Assembly (NCBI RefSeq): GCF_001598795.1
Contig: NZ_BCZP01000005.1
Coordinates: 1-32,000, forward strand
Direction of reading: 5' to 3'
DNA: 32,000 bases
Source of the DNA: Delftia acidovorans NBRC 14950
GTDB lineage: Bacteria > Pseudomonadota > Gammaproteobacteria > Burkholderiales > Burkholderiaceae_C
The translations under genes and the position numbers were made by a program. Positions 16,284 through 24,697 of the stretch are shown one piece after another (the stretch's first letter is position 1; the number at the start of each line of letters is the position of its first letter). The notes below the pieces were generated by a model. The model made no database searches. It was not told where the DNA came from and saw nothing but the letters and a program-made list of their open reading frames with translations.

Positions 16284-17252
16284 ATGCAATCCATCATGAC
16301 CATGGGCGAGATCCTCGTCGAAATCATGGCCGAGCGAAAAGGCCAGAGCTTTCGCGCGCCGGGGCCGCTGGCCGGGCCCTATGCCAGCGGGGCGCCCGCC
16401 ATCTTCATCGACCAGGTGGCCCGGCTGGGGCATCCGGCCGCCATCATCGGCTGCGTGGGCGATGATGATTTTGGCTGGCTCAACATCGACCGCCTGCGCC
16501 GCGACGGCGTGGACACCAGCGCCATCGCCGTATGCAAGGGCGCCGTCACGGGCAGCGCCTTCGTCACCTACCGCGACAGCGGCGAGCGCGACTTCATCTT
16601 CAACATCACCAACAGCGCCTCGGCACAGCTGCAGCCCGAGCAGGTCAACCAGGCCGTGCTCAAGGACTGCGCGCACTTCCATGTCATGGGCTCGTCGCTG
16701 TTCTCGTTTCGCATCATCGATGCCATGAAGAAGGCCATCGAAATCGTCAAGGCCCAGGGCGGCACCGTGTCCTTCGACCCGAACGTGCGCAAGGAGATGC
16801 TGCGCATTCCCGAAATGCGCGAAGCCCTGGCCTACATCCTGGAGTTCACCGACATCTTCCTGCCCAGCGGCCACGAGGTCACCCAGCTGGCCCGCTCGGC
16901 CGACGAGGCCGGCGCCATCGCCGAAATCTTCGCGCGCGGCGTGCGCGAAATCGTGGTCAAGCGCGGCGCCGACGGCTGCAGCTACTTCAGTGCCGACGAG
17001 CGCATCGACCTCGACGCCCTTGCCGTGGACATGGCCGACCCCACGGGCGCGGGCGACTGCTTTGGCGCCACCTTCATCGCCTGCCGGCGCATGGGCAAGA
17101 CCGCGCTGCAATCGCTGCGCTACGCCAATGCGGCCGGCGCGCTGGCCGTCGCCAGCAAGGGGCCGATGGAGGGCACATCCGGCTTTGCGGGGCTCGACGC
17201 GCTGCTGGCACAACAGCCGCAGCACCTGCGGCATGCGGTGATGGAGGGCTGA
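16284..17252 (+). CDS. PfkB-family carbohydrate kinase, candidate ketohexose/tagatose kinase (322 aa)
   Basis: GGGAGGGAG RBS before ATG 16284. The PfkB signature DPTGAGDCFGATFIA is present, along with an N-terminal GEILVE..A pattern. Confidence 0.85.
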   Translation: MQSIMTMGEILVEIMAERKGQSFRAPGPLAGPYASGAPAIFIDQVARLGHPAAIIGCVGDDDFGWLNIDRLRRDGVDTSAIAVCKGAVTGSAFVTYRDSGERDFIFNITNSASAQLQPEQVNQAVLKDCAHFHVMGSSLFSFRIIDAMKKAIEIVKAQGGTVSFDPNVRKEMLRIPEMREALAYILEFTDIFLPSGHEVTQLARSADEAGAIAEIFARGVREIVVKRGADGCSYFSADERIDLDALAVDMADPTGAGDCFGATFIACRRMGKTALQSLRYANAAGALAVASKGPMEGTSGFAGLDALLAQQPQHLRHAVMEG

Positions 17253-17256
17253 AACC

Positions 17257-18618
17257 ATGCCCACCCACCTCACCCACCTCACCCACCCCACCCATCTCAC
17301 CCACTTCACCCGCCTGGCGCAGTCACGCTCCAGGCAAACGCCAGCAGCCGCAGGCGATGCGCGCGCAACAGGCAGCGCACTCGGCATCTACTCCATCTGC
17401 TCGGCCCATCCCCTGGTCATCGAGGCCGCCATGCACCAGGCGCTGGACGACGGCACGCCGCTGCTGGTGGAAGCCACCGCCAATCAGGTCAACCAGTTCG
17501 GCGGCTACACCGGCATGCAGCCCGCCGACTTCCGCCGCTTCGTGCTGGCCATCGCCCACCGCGTCGGCCTGCCGCTGGAGCGCGTGCTGCTGGGCGGCGA
17601 CCACCTGGGCCCCACGGCGTGGACGCATCTGCCTGCCGCCGAGGCCATGGAACTGGCGCAGGACCTGGTACACGCCTATGCGGCGGCCGGCTTCGTGAAG
17701 CTGCATCTGGACGCCAGCATGGCCTGCGCAGACGACCCCCAGGCGCTGGACGACGAAACCGTGGCCCGCCGCGCTGCCCTGCTCTGCCAGGCGGCCGAGC
17801 GCGGCAGCACCTGCCCGGCGCCCGGCCCCGTCTACGTGATCGGCACCGAAGTGCCCGTGCCCGGCGGCGCCGCGCATGCGCTGGAGCATGTGCAAGTCAC
17901 TGCCCGCGCCGACGCCCAGCGCACGCTGCAGGTGCACCGTGAAGTCTTCGCGCAACAGGGGCTGGACCCAGTCTGGCCGCGCATCATTGCCATGGTGGTC
18001 CAGCCCGGCGTGGAGTTCGATCACACGCGCGTGGTGGACTACGCGCCCGGCGAAGCGGCCGACCTCAAACAGTTGCTGCGCCAGCACCCGCAACTGGTCT
18101 TCGAGGCCCACTCCACCGACTACCAGCGGCCCGAAGCCCTGCGCCAGCTGGTGCAGGACGGCTTTGCCATCCTCAAGGTCGGCCCCGGCGCCACCTTTGC
18201 GCTGCGCGAGGTGCTGTTCGCGCTGGCCGCCATCGAAGAGCAGCTCATCGACGCGCACCAGCGCTCCCACCTGCCCGCCGTGCTGGAGTCCGCCATGCTG
18301 GGCCGCCCCGCCAACTGGGAGCGCTACTACCGCGGCGAGCAGCCCGATCCCGGCGCCCAAAGGCTGCTGCGCATCTACAGCTACAGCGACCGCATCCGCT
18401 ACTACTGGGCCGACCCCACGGTGAACGCCGCCGTGGCGCGGCTGCTGGACAACCTGTCCACCTGCACCCTGCCCGAGAACATGCTCAGCCAGTTCCTCCC
18501 AGCCCAATACCAGGCCGTGCGCGCCGGGCGGCTTGCGCCCTCGCCCCACGCGCTGGTGCTGGACCGCGTGCGCGAGGCAATCAGGCCGTATGCGGCGGCT
18601 TGTGGGGGTGTTGTGTGA
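17257..18618 (+). CDS. GatZ/KbaZ/AgaZ-family protein (tagatose-bisphosphate aldolase accessory subunit family or tagatose-6-phosphate 4-epimerase-like), 453 aa
   Basis: GIYSICSAHPLVIEAAM...LLVEATANQVNQFGGYTGMQPADFRRFV...LLGGDHLGP closely parallels my recollection of E. coli GatZ. GGAGGG lies 8 nt before the ATG. It carries a 28-aa N-terminal extension rich in THL repeats. Confidence 0.88.
   Translation: MPTHLTHLTHPTHLTHFTRLAQSRSRQTPAAAGDARATGSALGIYSICSAHPLVIEAAMHQALDDGTPLLVEATANQVNQFGGYTGMQPADFRRFVLAIAHRVGLPLERVLLGGDHLGPTAWTHLPAAEAMELAQDLVHAYAAAGFVKLHLDASMACADDPQALDDETVARRAALLCQAAERGSTCPAPGPVYVIGTEVPVPGGAAHALEHVQVTARADAQRTLQVHREVFAQQGLDPVWPRIIAMVVQPGVEFDHTRVVDYAPGEAADLKQLLRQHPQLVFEAHSTDYQRPEALRQLVQDGFAILKVGPGATFALREVLFALAAIEEQLIDAHQRSHLPAVLESAMLGRPANWERYYRGEQPDPGAQRLLRIYSYSDRIRYYWADPTVNAAVARLLDNLSTCTLPENMLSQFLPAQYQAVRAGRLAPSPHALVLDRVREAIRPYAAACGGVV
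17263..17316 (+). repeat. Six imperfect tandem copies of a 9-bp unit (ACCCACCTC) inside the 5' end of the GatZ-family gene
   Basis: The units are ACCCACCTC, ACCCACCTC, ACCCACCCC, ACCCATCTC, ACCCACTTC and ACCCGCCTG. They encode THL-THL-THP-THL-THF-TRL. Confidence 0.9.
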
Positions 18619-18714
18619 TGCGCCAGCCTCGTAGGGGAACTGGGTCTTGAACTGGGCAATTATGTTTGCACATATACTTTTTGAACCCGTTCCCCCGCTC
18701 AAGGAGTAGCTGCC

Positions 18715-18945
18715 ATGTCGCAAATCACACTCTATTTGGACGACACCACCCAAGCTCTGGTGGAAGAGGCGGCCAGAGCCAATGGCATGTCCAAGAGCCG
18801 CTGGGTCGCCGAGATCATTCGCAAGTACGCAGCGCATGAATGGCCTCAGGATTGCATTGAGCTGGCAGGTCGCTTCGCCGATTTCCCTCTTGCGAACGAA
18901 CATAACGCTCCAGTTGCCGCCGATGTGCCTCGAGTCGGCTATTGA
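18715..18945 (+). CDS. vapB: Type II antitoxin, VapB-like or ribbon-helix-helix type (76 aa)
   Basis: AAGGAG RBS. MSQITLYLDDTTQALVEEAARANGMSKSRWVAEIIRKY fits an RHH antitoxin pattern. The gene ends 9 nt before the PIN toxin gene. Confidence 0.8.
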   Translation: MSQITLYLDDTTQALVEEAARANGMSKSRWVAEIIRKYAAHEWPQDCIELAGRFADFPLANEHNAPVAADVPRVGY

Positions 18946-18954
18946 CATGCGGCC

Positions 18955-19359
18955 ATGCTGATCCTCGACAGCAACACCATCAGCTATTACTTTCGCGGAG
19001 ACCCGCAGGTAGTGCCTCGCCTGCAGGCTTTGCGCCCCACCGACATCGGCGTACCGGCCATCGTGGAGTACGAGCTGCGTTATGGACTGCAACGCTTGCC
19101 GCCAGCCGCCTCCGCGCCTCGTCTTGAGGCATTGGTGCAACTCCTGCGCCCCATGCAGTTGCTGGCATTCGACAGCGAATGCGCGACTCATGCCGCCCGC
19201 ATACGCGCAGCGCTGGAGGCCAAGGGCACGCCGATAGGACCGCATGACACCTTGATCGCAGCAACTGCATTGCGCCATCAGGCAGCGCTGGTCACCCGCA
19301 ATATCCGGGAGTTTTCTCGTGTGCCCGACTTGCAGTGCCTGAACTGGCACATGGATTGA
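18955..19359 (+). CDS. vapC: Type II toxin, PIN-domain ribonuclease VapC (134 aa)
   Basis: Motifs are MLILDSN (Asp5), EYEL (Glu), GPHDTLIAATA (Asp) and the C-terminal LVTRNIREF. Confidence 0.88.
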   Translation: MLILDSNTISYYFRGDPQVVPRLQALRPTDIGVPAIVEYELRYGLQRLPPAASAPRLEALVQLLRPMQLLAFDSECATHAARIRAALEAKGTPIGPHDTLIAATALRHQAALVTRNIREFSRVPDLQCLNWHMD

Positions 19360-19377
19360 TCCTCGCCCACCACAGCC

Positions 19378-20295
19378 TCACAGCTGCCCCGCCTCCCCCC
19401 TGATCAAATCCCACACGCTTTGCGCCACCGGCGACAGTTCACGCTGGCGGCGGCGCACCAGCATGATGTCGCGCTGCACGCGCGGCAGCAGGGGGCGGCT
19501 GGCAAGGGCGTCGGGGATGGTGGCGCCACTCGCGGGAGTTCGCCATTCCTGCGGCACGGCCAGTTCCGGCACCACGCTCAGGCCGAGGCCCGCCTGGAGC
19601 ATGCAGAAGATGGTGGTGGTGTGGCCGACTTCCTGGACCACGGCGGCCTCGGCGTCGTGGGCCTGCAGCGCGGCGTCGATCAGGCGGCGGCTGCCCGAGG
19701 CGTGGTCCAGCAGTACCAGCGGCTGGCCGGCCAGGTCGCTCCAGGCCACCTGACGCTTGCGGGCCAGCCGGTGCGTGGCCGGGCAGACCAGGCAAAAGGG
19801 CTCGCTGAGTATGGTTTCGCAGTACAGGTCATCGCGGCCTTGCGGGTCGATGACCACGCCGAAGTCCACCTCGCCGCTGCGCACGCTTTGCAGCACGTCG
19901 CTCTGGATGCGGTCCAGCAGCAGCAGCTCGATGCCCGGCGCCTGCTCGCGGCAGCGCGCAATGCAGCGCGGCATCAGGTGGGCCGACAGCGTGGGGCTGC
20001 TGGCCACGCGTACCTTGCCCAGGCGCTGGGTGGCCAGGCCGCTGACTTCGAGCAGGCATTCATCCAGCGCGTCCAGCACGCGCGTGGCATGGCCCTGCAG
20101 CAGGCGGCCGGCGTCGGTCAGTTCCACCTCGCGCGTGGTGCGGTGCAAAAGCTGCACGCCCAGGGCCTGTTCCAGCTCGGTGACGTTGCGGCTGACGGCG
20201 GGCTGGGTGAGCGCCATCAGCTCGCCGGCGCGGCTGAAGTTGCGGCTTTCTGCCACGGCCAGGAAGGCGCGCAGCTGGCGCAGGCTGATATTCAT
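19378..20295 (-). CDS. LysR-family transcriptional regulator (305 aa)
   Basis: The N-terminus is MNISLRQLRAFLAVAESRNFSRAGELMALTQPAVSRNVTELEQALGVQLLHRTTREVELTDAG. It is divergent from the transporter gene. Confidence 0.9.
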   Translation of the reverse strand: MNISLRQLRAFLAVAESRNFSRAGELMALTQPAVSRNVTELEQALGVQLLHRTTREVELTDAGRLLQGHATRVLDALDECLLEVSGLATQRLGKVRVASSPTLSAHLMPRCIARCREQAPGIELLLLDRIQSDVLQSVRSGEVDFGVVIDPQGRDDLYCETILSEPFCLVCPATHRLARKRQVAWSDLAGQPLVLLDHASGSRRLIDAALQAHDAEAAVVQEVGHTTTIFCMLQAGLGLSVVPELAVPQEWRTPASGATIPDALASRPLLPRVQRDIMLVRRRQRELSPVAQSVWDLIRGEAGQL

Positions 20296-20304
20296 ACGGA
20301 AAAA

Positions 20305-20323
20305 TTATAAAACCATCAGATAA
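20305..20323. promoter_or_regulatory. LysR-type T-N11-A box (TTAT-N11-ATAA)
   Basis: TTATAAAACCATCAGATAA lies 10 bp upstream of the LysR start codon, in the 118-bp divergent intergenic region. Confidence 0.5.
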
Positions 20324-20413
20324 ATCCATTTCTCTTTTCAATGGCCGTGGCGTCCAATCGGGGCCTTGCAGCCTGGCTGCACGAACCGATAGTTAGTTGG
20401 AGAGAGTTTTCCC

Positions 20414-21457
20414 ATGGCACGCCCCCGCTTCGCCCCTGACAATTTCACGCTGATGCTGCTGTCCACCGTGGCACTGGCCAGCTTCCTGCCCGCCTCGGGC
20501 ACCGTCTCGCAATGGCTGGAGGTGGCGACCACGCTCATGGTCAGCCTGCTGTTCTTCCTGCACGGCGCCAAGCTCTCGCGCGAGGCCATCTTTGCCGGCA
20601 TAGGCCACTGGCGCCTGCACCTGACCATCTTTGCCGCCACCTTCGTGCTTTTCCCCCTGCTGGGCTGGGCGCTGCGCCCCGTGCTGGAGCCCCTGGTCAC
20701 GCCCGAGATGTACATGGGCGTGCTCTTTCTGTGCACGCTGCCGGCCACGGTGCAGTCGGCCATTGCCTTCACGGCCATGGCGCGCGGCAACATGCCCGCT
20801 GCCGTGTGCAGCGCATCGGCCTCCACGCTGATGGGCATCGTGATCACGCCCATCCTGGTCAGCATGCTGCTGCACAAGAGCGCCGAAGGGGGCGACGCGC
20901 TGCAGGCCATCGGCAAGATCGCGCTGCAGCTGCTGCTGCCCTTTGTGCTGGGCCATCTGCTGCGGCCCGTGATCGGCGGCTTCATCTCGCGCCATGCCAA
21001 GCGCGTGAAGTTCGTGGACCAGGGCTCCATCCTGCTGGTGGTGTACACGGCCTTCAGCGCCGCCGTCATCAGCGGCCTGTGGCAGCAGACGCCCCTGCCT
21101 GCGCTGCTGGGCCTGCTGCTGCTGTCGTCCATCCTGCTGGCCCTGGTGCTGGTCATCACGTCGTGGACGGCGCGCCGCCTGGGCTTTTCCAAGGAGGACG
21201 AGATCACCCTGGTGTTCTGCGGCTCCAAGAAGAGCCTGGTCAGCGGCGTGCCCATGGCCAAGGTGCTGTTCGAGTCCAGTGCCGTGGGCGCCATCGTGCT
21301 GCCGCTGATGGTCTTCCACCAGCTGCAGCTCATGGTCTGCGCCGTGCTGGCCCAGCGCTATGCACGCCGGCCCATGCATCCCGAGGCGATCGAGGATGGC
21401 GCCGTGCCCGCCAGCGCTGCGCCGGCCGCCAAGGCCGAAACGGCGCCAGCCAAATAA
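20414..21457 (+). CDS. Bile acid:sodium symporter (BASS/SBF-like, YfeH-type) family transporter (347 aa)
   Basis: The N-terminus is DNFTLMLLSTVALASFLP. FFLHGAKLS and CTLPATVQSAIAFT are typical of YfeH-like SBF transporters. About 9-10 TM segments. Confidence 0.82.
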   Translation: MARPRFAPDNFTLMLLSTVALASFLPASGTVSQWLEVATTLMVSLLFFLHGAKLSREAIFAGIGHWRLHLTIFAATFVLFPLLGWALRPVLEPLVTPEMYMGVLFLCTLPATVQSAIAFTAMARGNMPAAVCSASASTLMGIVITPILVSMLLHKSAEGGDALQAIGKIALQLLLPFVLGHLLRPVIGGFISRHAKRVKFVDQGSILLVVYTAFSAAVISGLWQQTPLPALLGLLLLSSILLALVLVITSWTARRLGFSKEDEITLVFCGSKKSLVSGVPMAKVLFESSAVGAIVLPLMVFHQLQLMVCAVLAQRYARRPMHPEAIEDGAVPASAAPAAKAETAPAK

Positions 21458-21478
21458 GGCGCGGGCGCGCTCCCATCA

Positions 21479-21512
21479 CAAAAAAGCCTGGCTCTCGCGC
21501 CAGGCTTTTTTG
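21479..21512. terminator. Bidirectional rho-independent terminator between convergent genes
   Basis: AGCCTGGC (21485-21492) pairs with GCCAGGCT (21499-21506), flanked by an A-run and a T-run. This serves both 20414-21457 (plus) and 21517-22617 (minus). Confidence 0.9.
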
Positions 21513-21516
21513 CATC

Positions 21517-22617
21517 TCAGCCCTTCAGGGCCAGGTTGTTGAGCTTGTCCAGGCGCTCGGGCCAGCTTCCCTGCTGCGCCGACTGCAGCAGGATGCGCGT
21601 CCAGGCTATCCAGGCGTCCCACTGCACGCGCTTGTCCCAGGCGTTGCCCCAGCCGCTGAAGCACTGCAGCGCGCTGGTGGCTGCGCGCGCGGCGTCGTCG
21701 GCGCGGGCGGCAGACAGGTAGAGCTGGGCCAGCACCATCTGCGGCTCGCCCACCCAGGGGTTCAGGCGTACGGCGCTTTCCAGCACGGCCGTGGCGGCGT
21801 CCAGGTCCACCAGCGGCTGGTCCAGCTGGATCACCGACCAGTACAGCGACACGGCAGCGGCCTCGTCGCCGGGCGACAGCTGCCGGCTGCAATGGTCGAA
21901 CACCGGCGGCAGCGGCAGTTGGGCGCGCAGCGCCGGGTGCTGCAGCGCACGGCCCAGGTCGCTGATCTGGCTGAGCATGCGGCTGGCCGGCCGCATGGGG
22001 CCGGGCCACAGCGAGGCTGCCCAGTGCACGCCCTGCTGCCGCTGGTTCTGCACCTGCGGAAACTGCGAGTAGATGTCTTCCTGCCAGCTGAACCACTGCT
22101 CCATGGCATCGGCCATGCTCACGATGGTGAAGGCCGCCACTTCATAGGCGCTCAGGCGCTGGCTGCGGCCGGCGGATTCCAGCGCCATGGAGCCGTCTTC
22201 GGCCAGGTCGCCGGCCAGGATCTTCTGCATGAACTGCGTGCGGCTCATGGTGCAAAACAGGTAGACCAGGTGCTCGGCGCCCTCGCCCACCAGTTCGCGC
22301 AGGCGGCCGCGCTCGCTGCCCGCGTCGAACTTGACCAAGTCCACGAAGGCGTTGCCGTAGACGCTGTGCAGCAGGCCCAGCAGGCGCACGTCGCGCGGCT
22401 GGCGCCACAGCGCCAGCGAACGCGCCACGCCCGCCAGGTGGTGGCGGAAGGTGCCGGCCTTGTGCCAGTCCTGGCCAACGCCGCGCGCCAGCACCACGGG
22501 CAGCACGGGGGCGAGGTCGGCATCCCTGCGCAGCCATTCCTCGTCGAGCAGGTCCTGGGCGCGCGTGAACAGCGCCTCGTCAAGTGTCTGGAACAGTGTC
22601 GGGACAGGCAGGCTCAT
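21517..22617 (-). CDS. Uncharacterised protein: HD-like/DUF-type N-terminal half and helical-repeat C-terminal half (366 aa), translationally coupled to mtnD
   Basis: Its ATG overlaps the mtnD stop codon (ATGA on the minus strand, 22614-22617). His-rich motifs are TFRHHLAGV and [10 protein letters not shown]. The Trp-rich helical C-terminus is [19 protein letters not shown] recognise no characterised family with confidence. Confidence 0.75.
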   Translation of the reverse strand: MSLPVPTLFQTLDEALFTRAQDLLDEEWLRRDADLAPVLPVVLARGVGQDWHKAGTFRHHLAGVARSLALWRQPRDVRLLGLLHSVYGNAFVDLVKFDAGSERGRLRELVGEGAEHLVYLFCTMSRTQFMQKILAGDLAEDGSMALESAGRSQRLSAYEVAAFTIVSMADAMEQWFSWQEDIYSQFPQVQNQRQQGVHWAASLWPGPMRPASRMLSQISDLGRALQHPALRAQLPLPPVFDHCSRQLSPGDEAAAVSLYWSVIQLDQPLVDLDAATAVLESAVRLNPWVGEPQMVLAQLYLSAARADDAARAATSALQCFSGWGNAWDKRVQWDAWIAWTRILLQSAQQGSWPERLDKLNNLALKG

Positions 22618-23144
22618 GCAGGCACCTCCATGGCAGCGGCGGGCCGCTGGGTATATTGCGCCACCCAGCCCGCCGTATCGGCGAACAGGCGCAGCGCCTT
22701 GATGCGCCGCGTGGCGGTCAGCGTGAAGCGGTGCTCCACGCCGGCCGGTATGCGCAGGTAGTCGCCGGGCTGCACGCGCAGCACGCGCTCTTGGCCGTGG
22801 GCATCGAAGAAGCCGAACAGGCCTTCGCCTTCGAGGATGTAGCGCACCTCGTCATCGGCATGGGTGTGGGGCTTGTCGAAGCGCTCCAGCGCCTCGTCCA
22901 GGCCCGGGGTGCCCGGGTGCAGCACGACCAGGTCCATGCTGTGGTAGCCATGGGCCACGCATTCGTCGACCACCAGCATGCCCACGGCCTGGACCACGGT
23001 GGCCTTGCCGCCGTCGTCCAGCTGGGCCTGCGCCAGCAGCGCGGCCAGGCCGGGCTCGGGCGCCAGCGGGCGGCGCTGCCATTGCACGCCGATGGCGGCC
23101 ACGAAGTCCGCGTCGGAAACCCGGTGGGATGCGAGGGCGCCCAT
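22614..23144 (-). CDS. mtnD: Acireductone dioxygenase (ARD, 1,2-dihydroxy-3-keto-5-methylthiopentene dioxygenase) (176 aa)
   Basis: The cupin core is [24 protein letters not shown]...[17 protein letters not shown]...IKALRLF...GWVAQY. The start was taken at ATG 23144, 5 nt after the metQ stop. The longer ORF reaching 23255 would overlap metQ. Confidence 0.85.
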   Translation of the reverse strand: MGALASHRVSDADFVAAIGVQWQRRPLAPEPGLAALLAQAQLDDGGKATVVQAVGMLVVDECVAHGYHSMDLVVLHPGTPGLDEALERFDKPHTHADDEVRYILEGEGLFGFFDAHGQERVLRVQPGDYLRIPAGVEHRFTLTATRRIKALRLFADTAGWVAQYTQRPAAAMEVPA

Positions 23145-23148
23145 GCTC

Positions 23149-23958
23149 TTACCAGGCCGCCGTGTAGGCGCCCTTGAACTGCGTGTCGATGAACTGGCGC
23201 ACCTCGGGCGACTGGTAGGCCTTGACGAAGGCCTGCAGGCCCGCGTCCTTTTCATGGCCGGCGCGCGTGGCGATCAGCACGGTGACATAGGGCGTGTCCG
23301 TGGCTTCCAGCGCCAGCGAATCCTTTTGCGGCGACAGGCCTGCGGCCACGGCGTAGCTGCTGTTGACGGCGGCAGCGTCCAGGTCGTCCAGCGAGCGCGC
23401 CAGCTGGGCGGCCTCCAGCTCCACGAAGCGCAGCTTCTTCGGATTGGCCGTGATGTCCAGCACCGAGGCGCGGGCGCCCGCGCCGGTCTTCAGTTCGATC
23501 AGCTTCTGCGCGGCCAGCACCATCAGTGCGCGCGAGCCATTGGTGGGGTCGTTGGGGATGCCCACGCGCGCACCGCTCTTGAGGTCGGCCAGGCTTTTGA
23601 TCTTCTTGGAGTACACGCCCATCTGCTGGTTGACCGCACGGGCCACGGGCACGAGCTTGTAGCCGCGGTCCTTGTTCTGGGCGTCCATGAAGGGCTGGTG
23701 CTGGTAGATGTTGGCATCCAGCTCACCCTGCGACAGCGCCGCATTGGGCTGGATGAAGTCGCCGAACTCGACCAGCTTCACCTTGAGGCCGTTCTTCTCG
23801 GCCACTTTCCTGGCCACCTCGGCGATCTGGGCATGCGGGCCCGAGGTCACGCCGATGGTGACCGAGCCGTCGGCCGCATGGGCCGGCAGCGCGGCCATTC
23901 CCGCCAGCGGCAGGACGGCAGCCAGGGCCAGCGATTGAAGCAATGCGCGCTTTTTCAT
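23149..23958 (-). CDS. metQ: Methionine ABC transporter substrate-binding protein, MetQ/NlpA family (269 aa)
   Basis: The signal peptide ends at AHA/AD, with no lipobox Cys. Motifs include [31 protein letters not shown] and [10 protein letters not shown]. Confidence 0.9.
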   Translation of the reverse strand: MKKRALLQSLALAAVLPLAGMAALPAHAADGSVTIGVTSGPHAQIAEVARKVAEKNGLKVKLVEFGDFIQPNAALSQGELDANIYQHQPFMDAQNKDRGYKLVPVARAVNQQMGVYSKKIKSLADLKSGARVGIPNDPTNGSRALMVLAAQKLIELKTGAGARASVLDITANPKKLRFVELEAAQLARSLDDLDAAAVNSSYAVAAGLSPQKDSLALEATDTPYVTVLIATRAGHEKDAGLQAFVKAYQSPEVRQFIDTQFKGAYTAAW

Positions 23959-24028
23959 GGAATCCCTCTTTCAGACAATCTCGCGGCAGCTTGCCGCCCC
24001 GGCCGCGCCGGCCGCCGGGGTGTGTGGA

Positions 24029-24694
24029 TCAGCGGTGGCTGAGCCTGCGCACCGCCCAATCGCCCAGGCTCTGGATGGCCTGCACGAAGAAGATCAGGAT
24101 GATGACCACGGCCAGCATCACGTCGGGCAAAAAGCGCTGGTAGCCGTAGCGGATGCCCAGGTCACCCAGGCCGCCGCCGCCAATGGCGCCGGCCATGGCC
24201 GAGTAGCCGGTCAGGCTCACGAAGCTGATGGTCAGGCCTGCCACGATGCCGGGCAGCGCCTCGGGCAGCAGGATCTTCCAGACGATCTGGCCCGTGGTGG
24301 CGCCCATGGACTGGGCCGCTTCCACCAGGCCGTTGTCCACTTCGCGCAGCGCGGTCTCCACCAGGCGCGCCACGAAAGGGGCTGCCGCAATGGTCAGCGG
24401 CACCACGGCCGCCCAGGTGCCGATGGACGAGCCCGTGATCAGACGCGTCAGCGGGATGATGGCCACCAGCAGGATGATGAAGGGGGTGGAGCGCAGCGCA
24501 TTGACGATCCAGCCCACGATCTTGTTGGCCGGGCCGTTCTGCAGCACGCCGCCGTGGTCGGTCAGGCGCAGGAACACGCCCAGGGGAATGCCGATCAGGC
24601 CACCCACCAGGCCAGAGACGCCGACCATGATGATGGTCTCCCACAGCGAGCTGACGAACAGCTCCAGCATCATTTCCGAAAAATTCTCAAACAT
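24029..24694 (-). CDS. metI: Methionine ABC transporter permease MetI (221 aa)
   Basis: The EAA-like loop is VDNGLVEAAQSMGATTGQIVWKILLPEALPGI. The gene lies 3 nt downstream of metN. Confidence 0.9.
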   Translation of the reverse strand: MFENFSEMMLELFVSSLWETIIMVGVSGLVGGLIGIPLGVFLRLTDHGGVLQNGPANKIVGWIVNALRSTPFIILLVAIIPLTRLITGSSIGTWAAVVPLTIAAAPFVARLVETALREVDNGLVEAAQSMGATTGQIVWKILLPEALPGIVAGLTISFVSLTGYSAMAGAIGGGGLGDLGIRYGYQRFLPDVMLAVVIILIFFVQAIQSLGDWAVRRLSHR

Positions 24695-24697
24695 CGC

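Noticed and set aside
22614-23255. The long form of the ARD gene starting at 23255.
   Set aside because: The extra 37 residues are Arg/Ser/Pro-rich and lie entirely antisense-free but overlapping the 3' end of metQ. The internal ATG at 23144 gives a protein of typical ARD length, starting 5 nt after the metQ stop.
23983-24020. Two adjacent GC hairpins between metI and metQ, considered as an internal terminator.
   Set aside because: No U-run follows them on the minus strand. They are more likely an intercistronic mRNA stability or processing element, or simply GC-rich spacer. There is not enough evidence to call a feature.
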